From an uncultured Gammaproteobacteria bacterium (lineage in GTDB: Bacteria; Patescibacteriota; Microgenomatia; Levybacterales; UBA12049): 45,310 nucleotides of DNA. The stretch is from positions 1,262 through 46,571 of the forward strand of contig CAZSQB010000002.1 of NCBI GenBank assembly GCA_964608945.1, in the 5' to 3' direction. The notes below the pieces were generated by a model. It was not told where the DNA came from. It saw nothing but the letters and a program-made list of their open reading frames with translations, and did no database searches. Position numbers and translations under genes: made by a program. Below are positions 25,138 through 34,838 of this stretch, piece by piece (position 1 is the first letter of the stretch; each line of letters starts with the position of its first letter).

Positions 25138-27961
25138 TAATCGTTTCTTTATTGCTCTATTGATTATTTTAGTTGTCGCCTCCTTTGTTTTACCAAACAT
25201 CTTTCTCCCAGCTGATATCTTGGGTACATTACCTTCGTTTCGTGAGGAGGAGTGGGTGAGGCCTCAGAACTCGTTGCTTGGAGATCCTGTGTTTCAATTT
25301 GAGCCGTGGAGGCAGTATACAAAATCACGATTGCAACGGGGGGAATTCCCTCTTTGGAATGAGGATAACAGCAAAGGAGCTCCATATTTTGCAAATATGC
25401 AATCAGCTATTTTATATCCGCTGAACTTTTTTTATTATTTGTTACCTGTTCATGTGAGCCTGTATCTTATACATTTTTTAAAGCTTTTTCTCCTATTATT
25501 TTTCAGTTTTCTTTATTTTCAATCCCTCAGATGCTCGAAGAATATATCTTTGCTTGGGGGAATAGTTGTAATGTTTTCCGCTTTTTCGTTTGTATGGCTG
25601 CAGTGGCCCCATACAAATGTATTTATATTATTTCCGCTCTTGCTGTTCATAACTGAAAAAATCAAGCAGATTACTACTGTGCATCGTTGGTATGTATTAC
25701 TCGCGTTTACGTATTGTATTGCAATATTTGGAGGACACCCTGAGACGCTCTTTCATATTGCACTCATTCATCTTTTCTATCTTTTGTTCCGATTGCATCG
25801 AGAACGAAAAAAGTTACTTGCTTCATTCGTTGCGATTGCTGGAGGATTTTTCCTGGGCGCAGTGCAGGTATTGCCATTTTTGGAATACTTTCTCAATAGC
25901 TATTCCTTAGTTCATAGACAAGAGGTACAGGAATCATTCTTTCTCCCCCTACAAAGTATTACACTTTTGCTTGTGCCATTTTCGCTCGGCGCACCTCATA
26001 TGGATTTTTACCGGTCCATTACAGGTACTAATTTCCAGGAAGCAATTGGGGGATATGTCGGGATTTGTGTATTGTTAATTGGGTTGATTGGAGGAGTGAG
26101 ATATTTTGCCAAAAATAAAATAATCGCATTTTGGACGGTTACTGCAGTGGCGTTATTTGGGATTGTCTATAAAATCTGGCCAATCTACCTGTTAACGAAA
26201 CTGCCAATTCTTAAACTGAGTGCAAATCATCGATTTTCAGGAATTATGGCGTTTGGTATTGCTGTTATTGCAACACTCGTACTAGACAATATGTCAAAAA
26301 GAAAAATTGTATTCAGTCAGAAAGCGAAAAAGAGAGCGTTTTTATTGTTAGTTCCCTTTTGCGGAGTGACATTGTTGGCAATTGGTTTACTTCCTTTGGT
26401 CTTTAGCTTTCCGTCCGCACGAGAGTTTGTGTTTATTTCTTTCCTGCAATTACATCTCTTGTTGTTGCTTTTTTCGACAGTGCTTTTTTTATTCTTCCTC
26501 TGGCTTCTTTTTATAAAGAAATCGAAAATAACGATATTTGTACTACTCATTCCAATTTTTGCTCAGACACTAGCGCTTTTTTGGAACTATAATCCCATTA
26601 CCACACAACGAGAGTACTATCCGGAAACAGAACTGATCACTGTTTTGCGAAAGCTTCCCAAAGGGTCAATCTTGGAAGTCGGGAATCCACAGTTGCCGCA
26701 AAATCTTAATCTCGCTTACGGATTAGAGCATATAGAAAATTACGACGTATTGGAGGTGCGAGCATTTAAAGATAAATTTAATAGACTTTTTCCTGATCGG
26801 AACCACTGGGAAAAAGTTGATTCGGTTAATGAGAAACATTTGCGAGAATTGGGTATCGCCTATGTTATTTCAGATTACGATCTACGATTTGAAAGACAAA
26901 AAAATCAGGTAGATTATAGCAACCGTTTAGCTCTTAGTTCAAAAAACATAAGAATTGCAATGAACTTCAAACCCGCACATTCAGATTTGAAAGCGATAAG
27001 AATCTTAACTGCCAACTTTAATCGGGAAAATAGCTGTTTACTTACTATTACTATTATAGAAATGCGAACAAACAAGAAAATAGAGGAGTCAGGACTTCCT
27101 TGTACGAAGATTAATGACAATATGTTTTATTCAGTTACGTTTAAACAGGCAGAATTGCATCCAGGCGAAGAGTATCAATTGATTTTTCAATCTCCAAATG
27201 CTTCCCTTGATAACAGCGTTGCGCTGCTTGGGAACAAATCAAGAGAACCATATCTTGAACTATTATATGGAGACAAGATGAATACTTCATACACACTACT
27301 GTGGAATAGAAATAGTGTGTATTTGTGGAATGTACCTGGTGTTTGGGATATTGGCTTTGACGGGAAAATAACGACACGCATACAAAGACCAGAAGAAAAA
27401 ATCTTTGAGACTTCGTCTCAGTCTGATCAATGGATTTACGTAAAACAGCCATACTATCCTGGTTGGGAAGCGAGAGTAGATGGGAGAGAAGAAAAGCTTC
27501 TCAACCAAAATCCATTTATCGCTCTCGACGTTCCCAAAGGAAACCATCTGGCTTCGCTGGTTTACAAACCGAAATCGTTTTTTCTAGGAATAGCGATAAC
27601 TTTTTTGACAACAATTGGACTAATCCTGTATTTCTTGCGACAAGAATTACAACAAGGTTATTGGGCTAATTTTTTTGAAAAATGGAAGATATGGGCGGCA
27701 TATATTAGATCCAACGTTCCATGGTATCAGCACGTCCTCGTATTCGGTGGGGGAGTACTTGTTTCACTTTGTGTTTTTATTCTTATTGCTCGCACGATAC
27801 CGGTGCATTTTTCCATGCCGCAAACAACTGCTATTAACTGGCTGACAGTGCATAAATATCCAAAACAATTGGATTACGTGTACTTCTTTATCGGATTCCC
27901 ACTCGTTACATTGCTTAGTGTTTTATTCTTGCTTTTATGGTTACGAAGAAAAAAACGTTAA
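25127..27961 (+). CDS. YfhO-family polytopic membrane glycosyltransferase-like protein
   Basis: About 944 aa. FEPWRQYTKSRLQRGEFPLWNEDNSKGAPYFANMQSAILYPLNF is typical of the YfhO N-terminus. Many TM segments and a large extracytoplasmic domain are followed by extra C-terminal TM segments. ATG 25127 is preferred over TTG 25118. Confidence 0.75.
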   Translation: MKNSNRFFIALLIILVVASFVLPNIFLPADILGTLPSFREEEWVRPQNSLLGDPVFQFEPWRQYTKSRLQRGEFPLWNEDNSKGAPYFANMQSAILYPLNFFYYLLPVHVSLYLIHFLKLFLLLFFSFLYFQSLRCSKNISLLGGIVVMFSAFSFVWLQWPHTNVFILFPLLLFITEKIKQITTVHRWYVLLAFTYCIAIFGGHPETLFHIALIHLFYLLFRLHRERKKLLASFVAIAGGFFLGAVQVLPFLEYFLNSYSLVHRQEVQESFFLPLQSITLLLVPFSLGAPHMDFYRSITGTNFQEAIGGYVGICVLLIGLIGGVRYFAKNKIIAFWTVTAVALFGIVYKIWPIYLLTKLPILKLSANHRFSGIMAFGIAVIATLVLDNMSKRKIVFSQKAKKRAFLLLVPFCGVTLLAIGLLPLVFSFPSAREFVFISFLQLHLLLLLFSTVLFLFFLWLLFIKKSKITIFVLLIPIFAQTLALFWNYNPITTQREYYPETELITVLRKLPKGSILEVGNPQLPQNLNLAYGLEHIENYDVLEVRAFKDKFNRLFPDRNHWEKVDSVNEKHLRELGIAYVISDYDLRFERQKNQVDYSNRLALSSKNIRIAMNFKPAHSDLKAIRILTANFNRENSCLLTITIIEMRTNKKIEESGLPCTKINDNMFYSVTFKQAELHPGEEYQLIFQSPNASLDNSVALLGNKSREPYLELLYGDKMNTSYTLLWNRNSVYLWNVPGVWDIGFDGKITTRIQRPEEKIFETSSQSDQWIYVKQPYYPGWEARVDGREEKLLNQNPFIALDVPKGNHLASLVYKPKSFFLGIAITFLTTIGLILYFLRQELQQGYWANFFEKWKIWAAYIRSNVPWYQHVLVFGGGVLVSLCVFILIARTIPVHFSMPQTTAINWLTVHKYPKQLDYVYFFIGFPLVTLLSVLFLLLWLRRKKR

Positions 27962-29532
27962 TTGCTGTTTCAGAAATTGCCGTAATTTTTCTGGTCGGAT
28001 TTTTGTTGGGACCAACAGCAGGGGGTAGCCTCTTTTATGGTGACGTCAATGTCATTGACGAAGGGCAATTTGCTGCTTGGGCGAACCATATGTTACACGG
28101 AAAATATTTATTTAAGGACATCTATATTACCTACGGTCCGCTGTACGCTTGGCCCCTCTTCTTATTTTTCAAGTTATTAGACCCATCAATTTTTCTTGTA
28201 AAAGCATACCTCACGATCGGTTCAGTTGTAGGAATTCTCATAGTGAATCAGTTGCTAAAGGAGTTGCGAATACAAAATATTCTGAGATATGTAACCATTG
28301 CTTTGTTTGTTTTACTTCCAGTTATGCATCTTCGGCAGGCAATGGGGTATATTGTTTTATTCAGTCTTTTCAAGGCAGTAGGAACAGGGCGACTGTTGTG
28401 GTATTTTCTCTGCGGAATCAGCCTTGTTATTTGTTTTCTCGTGAGTCCTGAGATTGGGATATTCACAGCAATGATTGTTATCTTGTTCTTCTTTATCCGT
28501 CTGTTGGTGGAGAACAATATCAAGGATGTCTTTTCGAATGGAGGCTTGCTTGTTGCAGGCGTACTGGCTGCCGGTATTAGCTTTATTTTTTGGGCTGGCT
28601 ATGAGGGGTGGTTGTTTTCGTATTTCCAAGGAACACTAGATATTATGACATCATTGTCTGGAATTAATTCTCCAAACGGTCAGAACTTTCCAAATATTCT
28701 CAATCAGTTGCCAGTAACAGCAGATCCAGTCCTGTTGCTAAAATTTATATTATCAAAGGATGCACTTTTGTATTGGGCATTGTTTTCTTACGTGTTGCTT
28801 ATTGGCTACTTGGCAATACGATTTATTCTGCAAATACATGAAAAAAAAGATCTGCAAATCGTACTTCTCACTATATACGGAATACTCCTCTATACCATTT
28901 TATTATCAAGAAATGGAATCGGACATTTTTTCTTTGTTCTCAGCCCACTTCTTATTTTAGCTGCTTGTTTTTTTGATAAATTGTTTCGCATACTAAGACA
29001 AAAGAAAACAAGACAAATTGAAAAAAATTTTGCAGTCGTGGGAGTTTGTATTATTGTTCTGTTTGTACTCCGTTTGCTTATGGTAAATCGACCAGAGATT
29101 TTTAAGAGATTACAGATTCCGTTTTCGATAAGTACACTTACGCAAACCCCACCTCGCTTTGGTCCCACAGCACTACCGTCAAGCCAAAAACAGCAACTAA
29201 ATATGATACAAAATTATATTCTTCAGCAGACAACAGCAGACGATACAGTTTTTATTATAAGCAATGAGCCAATTTTGTACATGCTTTTTGATCGTGTTAA
29301 TCCAACAAGATATGATTTACCCTTTGTCGCCAATCCACTTGAGAAACGATACGAGTTGCTTTCTGATCTTATACGAAACCCGCCTAAATATATCATTGAG
29401 AATCAAAAAGCCTGGGCTGTTGATGGCATCAGTAACCGCCAACGACTACCTGAAGTCTTTAGGTATCTAGACACAAAGTATCATAAGACAGCAATGGTAG
29501 GTGAGTACATTGTGTATGAAAGAAATAAATAA
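27937..29532 (+). CDS. Polytopic membrane protein, putative GT-C-like glycosyltransferase
   Basis: 531 aa. An acidic motif (NVIDEGQFAAWANHMLHGKYLFKDIY) follows TM1, with about 10 hydrophobic segments and a soluble C-terminal domain. It overlaps the upstream gene by 25 nt. Confidence 0.55.
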   Translation: MVTKKKTLIAVSEIAVIFLVGFLLGPTAGGSLFYGDVNVIDEGQFAAWANHMLHGKYLFKDIYITYGPLYAWPLFLFFKLLDPSIFLVKAYLTIGSVVGILIVNQLLKELRIQNILRYVTIALFVLLPVMHLRQAMGYIVLFSLFKAVGTGRLLWYFLCGISLVICFLVSPEIGIFTAMIVILFFFIRLLVENNIKDVFSNGGLLVAGVLAAGISFIFWAGYEGWLFSYFQGTLDIMTSLSGINSPNGQNFPNILNQLPVTADPVLLLKFILSKDALLYWALFSYVLLIGYLAIRFILQIHEKKDLQIVLLTIYGILLYTILLSRNGIGHFFFVLSPLLILAACFFDKLFRILRQKKTRQIEKNFAVVGVCIIVLFVLRLLMVNRPEIFKRLQIPFSISTLTQTPPRFGPTALPSSQKQQLNMIQNYILQQTTADDTVFIISNEPILYMLFDRVNPTRYDLPFVANPLEKRYELLSDLIRNPPKYIIENQKAWAVDGISNRQRLPEVFRYLDTKYHKTAMVGEYIVYERNK

Positions 29533-29535
29533 TAG

Positions 29536-30816
29536 CTATCTATATTTTTTCCCTTTTACAATTTTGGGGGTGGGGAGTGGAATAATGAAGTCTCCCTTAA
29601 AGCCTTTTTTTACAAGTTTTGGCATCAGCTCGTCTGCTATGTGCCATGAAAGCAGGAGCGCGTATTCTGGTTGATCTTTAAATAGTTTGTCCTCATCTAA
29701 AATGGGGATGAGCGTTCCTGGAATATAGTTGCCGATTTTGTGAGAGCCTTTGATCTCTACCACACATGAAATAATATCTTCATCTAACCCTAGGTAGTTA
29801 ATGAGCGTACTTGCACGAGACGGGGCAGAAATACCATAGATTTTTTGTCTCTTTTTAACAGAGTTAAATAGCAAATCGTATAACCGTATTTTTGAAAAGA
29901 CGACATCGTCTTTAAATTGTTTAAATCGTTTTTTATTTTTTACTTTGTCCTTTTCCATCTCCAGCATCTTTTTAACAGAGGGCAATACTTTATACTGTCC
30001 TTTTTTTGCAGCGTATACTCTGATTGATCCGCCATGTGGTTGTATTTGTTTGGCGTAGAAAACCTCAAAGCCGTGCATTTTGAGTAAATTGGCAAGGCTT
30101 GTCAGTGAGTAATATCGCAGATGTTCATGGTAGATAGCGTCATACTGTGTCGTTTGTAATAAGGAAAGGAGGTAATGGGATTCAGATATAAAAACGCCAT
30201 CTTTTACTAGAAGCTTTTTTATCAAATCTATTATTTCATGAACGTTTTCCATATGTGCAAACGCATTCGTAGAGGTTATGATTTTTGCTTTGCCGTATTT
30301 TTTAACAGCAGATTCGGCGGCCTGTTTTCCGAAATAAGAAAGTATTGTTGGGATACCGTTCTTAATTGCAATTTTACCAATATCCTCGGGAGTTATTCCC
30401 AGTACCTGATGATTTTTAAAATTGCCTAGTAGCGTTCCATCATTTGATCCAATATCGATGATAAGATCGTCTTTTTTTAATTTCAGCAGATGTGATGATT
30501 CCTGATAGAGGTCTGCAAAATTATCACGCAGTACCTTTGTTGTGCCGCTTGTATAGGGATATTCTGGGGGAAAGAGTATTTTCGGATCAACTATGAGACT
30601 GAGTTGTGCTAAATAACAACGTGAACAATACAATAGTTCCGCTGGATAACTCGGCTGTTCATGGGGAATACTCCCAATGGGGAGCAGTTTGTTAACCGGT
30701 GGGAGATAGCCAAGGAAGAGAATGCTTTCCAACTTTTCATTTCCACAACTTTGGCATGTGGTCACAACAATGCTTGTGCCGGTTCCGAATGCAAAAGGAA
30801 GCTTTTTTCTCTTCAT
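29536..30816 (-). CDS. NDP-hexose C-methyltransferase-like enzyme, paralog 2
   Basis: A Zn ribbon (CQSCGN...CSRCYLAQL), motif I (IIDIGSNDGTLL), AIYHEHLRYY and a C-terminal IYGISAPSRAST are present. Confidence 0.8.
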   Translation of the reverse strand: MKRKKLPFAFGTGTSIVVTTCQSCGNEKLESILFLGYLPPVNKLLPIGSIPHEQPSYPAELLYCSRCYLAQLSLIVDPKILFPPEYPYTSGTTKVLRDNFADLYQESSHLLKLKKDDLIIDIGSNDGTLLGNFKNHQVLGITPEDIGKIAIKNGIPTILSYFGKQAAESAVKKYGKAKIITSTNAFAHMENVHEIIDLIKKLLVKDGVFISESHYLLSLLQTTQYDAIYHEHLRYYSLTSLANLLKMHGFEVFYAKQIQPHGGSIRVYAAKKGQYKVLPSVKKMLEMEKDKVKNKKRFKQFKDDVVFSKIRLYDLLFNSVKKRQKIYGISAPSRASTLINYLGLDEDIISCVVEIKGSHKIGNYIPGTLIPILDEDKLFKDQPEYALLLSWHIADELMPKLVKKGFKGDFIIPLPTPKIVKGKKYR

Positions 30817-31763
30817 TGTTGGCTATTGTACCACATGTATGTTTCTCTTAGTCCCTCCTCAAGTGATACTTTTGGAGCGAATCCAAGACTCTTAATCTTT
30901 TTAATATCAGGACATCTACGATAAGTACTCCCTTGACGAAGTTTTTGAGGAGCAATGATAATCTTTTTGCTTACCACTCGCTCAATTGTTTGCATCAGCT
31001 TTTTTATCGAAACCTCTTCGGTTGTACCAATATTGTACGTTTCTAAATGTTTGCCATTTTCTAGAAGAAGGAGCAATCCATGGATAAAATCGTCCCTAAA
31101 GATAAACGCTCGAGTTTCATCACCAGATCCTTGAATCGGAAGGGTAAGTACTGATTTACTCCCTTGTTTTTTTATTTTCAACAGCAACTCTGGTATAACG
31201 TGTTCCTCTCCCATATCTGGTCCGTATACATTATGTGGGCGAAAAATAATCGATCTTTTGAAATATTTTCTCCCATAATGAATTGTCATTAGCTCGCTTA
31301 TGATTTTCCCTCCAGCGTATGAGTAGCGAGGATTGTATGGATCCGGTATCGTAAGCGGAACATTCTCAGGGGTTGGGATGAGGGGTGGCGTCTGGTACGC
31401 TTCAGAGCTAGATGCGAGAAACAGTTCGGGAACATTTTTTTCTCTCCCTGCATCCAATATATTTACTATCCCCTTCACGCCAATTTCCAACACAAGCTCA
31501 GGCTGTTCATAGAAATATTTCGTCCCGTTAATATATGCAAGGTGGATAATGCTGTCGACGCCATTACACGCTTTTTTTACCTGTTCAATATTCCGAATGT
31601 CTCCCTCAATTATTTCAGCATCGTTTTTGATTTCAGAAAGTCTTCGCTTTGCCCCTCGGAAATTATTGTCAAAGACGCGAACAAATTCCCCTTTGGAAAC
31701 AAGCGCTTTTGCAAGCGCACTCCCGATAAACCCTGTGCCACCAGTGATAAGATATCGTTTCAT
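30813..31763 (-). CDS. NAD-dependent epimerase/dehydratase (extended SDR)
   Basis: Motifs are ITGGTGFIGSALAKAL and a catalytic YxxxK in YSYAGGKIISE. The stop overlaps the start of the downstream C-methyltransferase (ATGA). Confidence 0.85.
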   Translation of the reverse strand: MKRYLITGGTGFIGSALAKALVSKGEFVRVFDNNFRGAKRRLSEIKNDAEIIEGDIRNIEQVKKACNGVDSIIHLAYINGTKYFYEQPELVLEIGVKGIVNILDAGREKNVPELFLASSSEAYQTPPLIPTPENVPLTIPDPYNPRYSYAGGKIISELMTIHYGRKYFKRSIIFRPHNVYGPDMGEEHVIPELLLKIKKQGSKSVLTLPIQGSGDETRAFIFRDDFIHGLLLLLENGKHLETYNIGTTEEVSIKKLMQTIERVVSKKIIIAPQKLRQGSTYRRCPDIKKIKSLGFAPKVSLEEGLRETYMWYNSQQ

Positions 31764-31814
31764 CTTTTTATGAAGGCGATGAGATTATATATAATTGCAA
31801 TGGATCAGTAAACA

Positions 31815-32591
31815 TCATTTGTGCCCAACAAGCATTTGTAATACACGATTAGGAAAGCGCAGGATGCGGTTTCGGAGCAATGCAAGAGAGAACCATTTTA
31901 AATAAGGAACAATAGATCTTGAGAGGTTAAAGTTTGTTTTACCATGTTGGCGATCACGCCAGATAGTGGGTATCTCGCAAATTTGATAACCAAGAAGGTG
32001 TGCTTTGGCCACTATCTCAAGCGTTACACTAAAGCTTACTGTGCTCGTCAGTTGCATACTATCAAGCACCTTTTTTCTGTAAAGCTTGTAGCTATTGGTC
32101 GGGTCGTACGTCGGTAGTCCTGTCAAGAGATGAAGAAGAAAGCCTGCGATACGCGGTATCCAGACTTTTGGGGATGGTCTCAGTTCCTGTCTGCCGTTTT
32201 TTGTATACCGTGACGGGCAGATAATGTCTGCCTTTTTTGCCAAAGACAAAAGCTTCGGTACCTGCGTCAAGTCATCGCAGAGGTCTGCCATGGTGACAAG
32301 GACGAGAGGCGCTTTCGCTAGCATAAAGCCGGTACGAAGAGCGCCCGATGGCCCGCTTTGGACAGTGTTTTTCCTGTAATGGAGATTTTTGTTCTGTCTC
32401 CCGAGTCGTCGAAGGACAGGAAGGGTAGAATCGCGTTCAGAGTCATACACGACGATTATTTCATGAGGAACGGGAATGTTTTTTCTTATAGCTTCAAGGG
32501 TCTTTTCGATGTTTGCCGCCTCATTATGAACTGGAATAATAACAGATAGGCCAGGATCACCGGTCGGTTTTATATTTCTTTTTTTTCTCAT
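31815..32591 (-). CDS. Polyprenyl-phosphate sugar synthase-like GT2 (Dpm1/ArnC-like)
   Basis: Motifs seen are LSVIIPVHNEAANI, IIVVYDSERDST, LVLVTMADLCDD and YKLYRKKVL. The start overlaps the upstream C-methyltransferase stop by 4 nt. Confidence 0.8.
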   Translation of the reverse strand: MRKKRNIKPTGDPGLSVIIPVHNEAANIEKTLEAIRKNIPVPHEIIVVYDSERDSTLPVLRRLGRQNKNLHYRKNTVQSGPSGALRTGFMLAKAPLVLVTMADLCDDLTQVPKLLSLAKKADIICPSRYTKNGRQELRPSPKVWIPRIAGFLLHLLTGLPTYDPTNSYKLYRKKVLDSMQLTSTVSFSVTLEIVAKAHLLGYQICEIPTIWRDRQHGKTNFNLSRSIVPYLKWFSLALLRNRILRFPNRVLQMLVGHK

Positions 32592-33835
32592 GGAACAATG
32601 CGCGGCACAGGCAGGGGAACGAGGAATTTGCCACCTTTTCTTATATATTCACTTTTCTCAAGGAAGAAATCCAGATAGTTCCAGCTAAGAAGCAGCGCAT
32701 ATTCAGGCATTAAAGCGATAAACTCCTCCTCGCTTATAATTGGAATGTGTGAGCCGGGAGTAAGCAGTCCTTGTTTTAGGGGATTGGTTTCAGCTATGTA
32801 TGGTATTACCTTTGGGGTGATGCCAAAATAGTTAAGAAGCGTGTTTCCTTTGGCTGGAGCACCGTATCCTCCTAATTGCGCTCCTTGTCTCTTTACTTTT
32901 TTGATAAGTCTCAGAACACTTGTTTTGACTTTTTTGACCTGGAGTGCGAATCTGTGGTACCGCTTCATATCTTTTACCCCCCAGGCAATTTCGTCTTTCA
33001 GCATTTTCTTAACCGAGCTTTTGACAAGTCGCGTACCCGGCTTTGCTACGAAGATACGCAGCGCCGGTCCTGATGCGCCGAATGGAATACGCTCTACGTC
33101 AAATATGCATAGATTGAAGCGGGCGAGAAACGGGACCATAGGAGTCAGGCTTAGATAGCAAAGGTGTTCGTGGTAGATGGTGTCAAAAATTGTTTGATCT
33201 ATCATATCGACTAAATATGGTGCCTCGATAACAAATATGCCCTGATCCTCAAGTAACAAAGGGAGTGCTGAAACGAACTCTAGTATGTCATCGACATGTG
33301 CAAACACATTTGTCGCTGTTACGACTGTTGCTCGACCATATTTTTTTGTAATCCGACGTGCGGATCTGGGATTAAAGAATGACTTGATTACTTCTAATCC
33401 AGATGCAACGGCTACTTCTGCAATTTTTGACGGCTCAACGCCAACGCGAATCAGCCCCTTCTTTGTATACCCGTTGAGTAGAATGCCATCGTTGCAACCA
33501 ATATCTACAACAACGTCGTCTTTTTTCAGTCTGAAGCGTACTGTTAGATACTCTGCGAGATTAGCATAATGTTTTTTCAAGGCTTTTGAGCTTGAAGAGA
33601 GATAGAGATAATCATCAAAAATTGCCTCAGCTGAGACAACGTCTATCAGCTGGACAAGATAACATGACTGGCAGAGATACACCTCAAGGGGGGACCGATG
33701 TTCTGTATTAATCTGGTCTTTATTTATAAAGCTGTTAGACGGCGGATGGTGACCTAAAGAGAGAAATTGTTTTAATTGGCTAGACCCGCAGTAACGACAC
33801 GTATTTCTTTTTTTGCTTATTACAGAGGTTCTCAT
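32588..33835 (-). CDS. NDP-hexose C-methyltransferase-like enzyme, paralog 3
   Basis: A Zn ribbon (CRYCGS...CQSCYLVQL), motif I (VVDIGCNDGILL), TIYHEHLCYL and a C-terminal LGGYGAPAKGNT are present. Confidence 0.8.
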   Translation of the reverse strand: MRTSVISKKRNTCRYCGSSQLKQFLSLGHHPPSNSFINKDQINTEHRSPLEVYLCQSCYLVQLIDVVSAEAIFDDYLYLSSSSKALKKHYANLAEYLTVRFRLKKDDVVVDIGCNDGILLNGYTKKGLIRVGVEPSKIAEVAVASGLEVIKSFFNPRSARRITKKYGRATVVTATNVFAHVDDILEFVSALPLLLEDQGIFVIEAPYLVDMIDQTIFDTIYHEHLCYLSLTPMVPFLARFNLCIFDVERIPFGASGPALRIFVAKPGTRLVKSSVKKMLKDEIAWGVKDMKRYHRFALQVKKVKTSVLRLIKKVKRQGAQLGGYGAPAKGNTLLNYFGITPKVIPYIAETNPLKQGLLTPGSHIPIISEEEFIALMPEYALLLSWNYLDFFLEKSEYIRKGGKFLVPLPVPRIVP

Positions 33836-33911
33836 TGGAGACTATTATATCAAGAAATCCTCCTATGTATTTATTGATCGGGAAAGTATAATATAATGCT
33901 TTCTTAGATAG

Positions 33912-34787
33912 ATGAAAAAGATATTGCTTTTTGGAGGGAGTGGCATGGTGGGTTCAAGAATTCTTGAGCTTCTTTCAAGTCGTTATACCATCATTGCTCC
34001 GAGACGTGATGAGGTGAATATTAGCGACAAAGCTCAGATAAAAGATACCATTCAGGCGATAAAACCGAACCATATTATCTATGCCGCAGCGGTTAGTAAT
34101 CCAGACGCTGCAGAAGAACAGAAAGAGTATGCGATGCATATTAATGCCATAGTACCAGGTTTCATAGCTAATCTGGCAGCAAAAGGGCGCTTTCCACTCC
34201 TCTATTTTTCAACGGACGCTGTTTTTCCAGGCTATCAGAAAGATAGGCCATATAAAGAAAATGACCGCGTGGATCCTGTAAATTATTACGGAATTACAAA
34301 GCAAAAAGGAGAAGAGAATGTTCTTAGTGCCTCTGGGGGAAACTGCGTACTACGGCTTATCACAGTGTACTCACATTACTACCCTAAAAAAAAAGATACA
34401 GTACGCTTGGCAGCCTCGGCATTTCAAAACGGCAAGCAATTTACAGGAATAGTTGATCAGTATTTTAATCCGACGTATGTTGACGATGCCGTTTTGGCTG
34501 TAGATCGAGTTATTGAGAAAAAGGTAAAAGGCGTGTTACATTTTGGAGCAGCAGAATTTGTTAGTAATTATGAATTCATAGAACATATTGCGCGAGTCGG
34601 TGGGTTCCACGGAATTGATATTAAGAAAATTACGGTAAAAGATTTCTGTAAAGGTAGAAAAGCAAAACTGGGAAAGTATGTTTGGCTTGATACTGCAAAA
34701 GCAAAAAATCTATTAGGAGAAGATGCGGTTTTACCAGTGGAGAAGAGTCTAAAGCGATTTTGGAAGCATTTTTCCTCAGAAACGTAG
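33912..34787 (+). CDS. RmlD-like NDP-4-keto-6-deoxyhexose reductase (dTDP-4-dehydrorhamnose reductase family)
   Basis: ILLFGGSGMVGSRI and a YxxxK motif (YGITKQKGE) are present, and the length and layout are typical of RmlD-family reductases. Confidence 0.7.
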   Translation: MKKILLFGGSGMVGSRILELLSSRYTIIAPRRDEVNISDKAQIKDTIQAIKPNHIIYAAAVSNPDAAEEQKEYAMHINAIVPGFIANLAAKGRFPLLYFSTDAVFPGYQKDRPYKENDRVDPVNYYGITKQKGEENVLSASGGNCVLRLITVYSHYYPKKKDTVRLAASAFQNGKQFTGIVDQYFNPTYVDDAVLAVDRVIEKKVKGVLHFGAAEFVSNYEFIEHIARVGGFHGIDIKKITVKDFCKGRKAKLGKYVWLDTAKAKNLLGEDAVLPVEKSLKRFWKHFSSET

Positions 34788-34838
34788 TGTATCTAAGTTG
34801 ATTTCCAAAATTGTATAGTCTAAGATATGCAGAATTAA

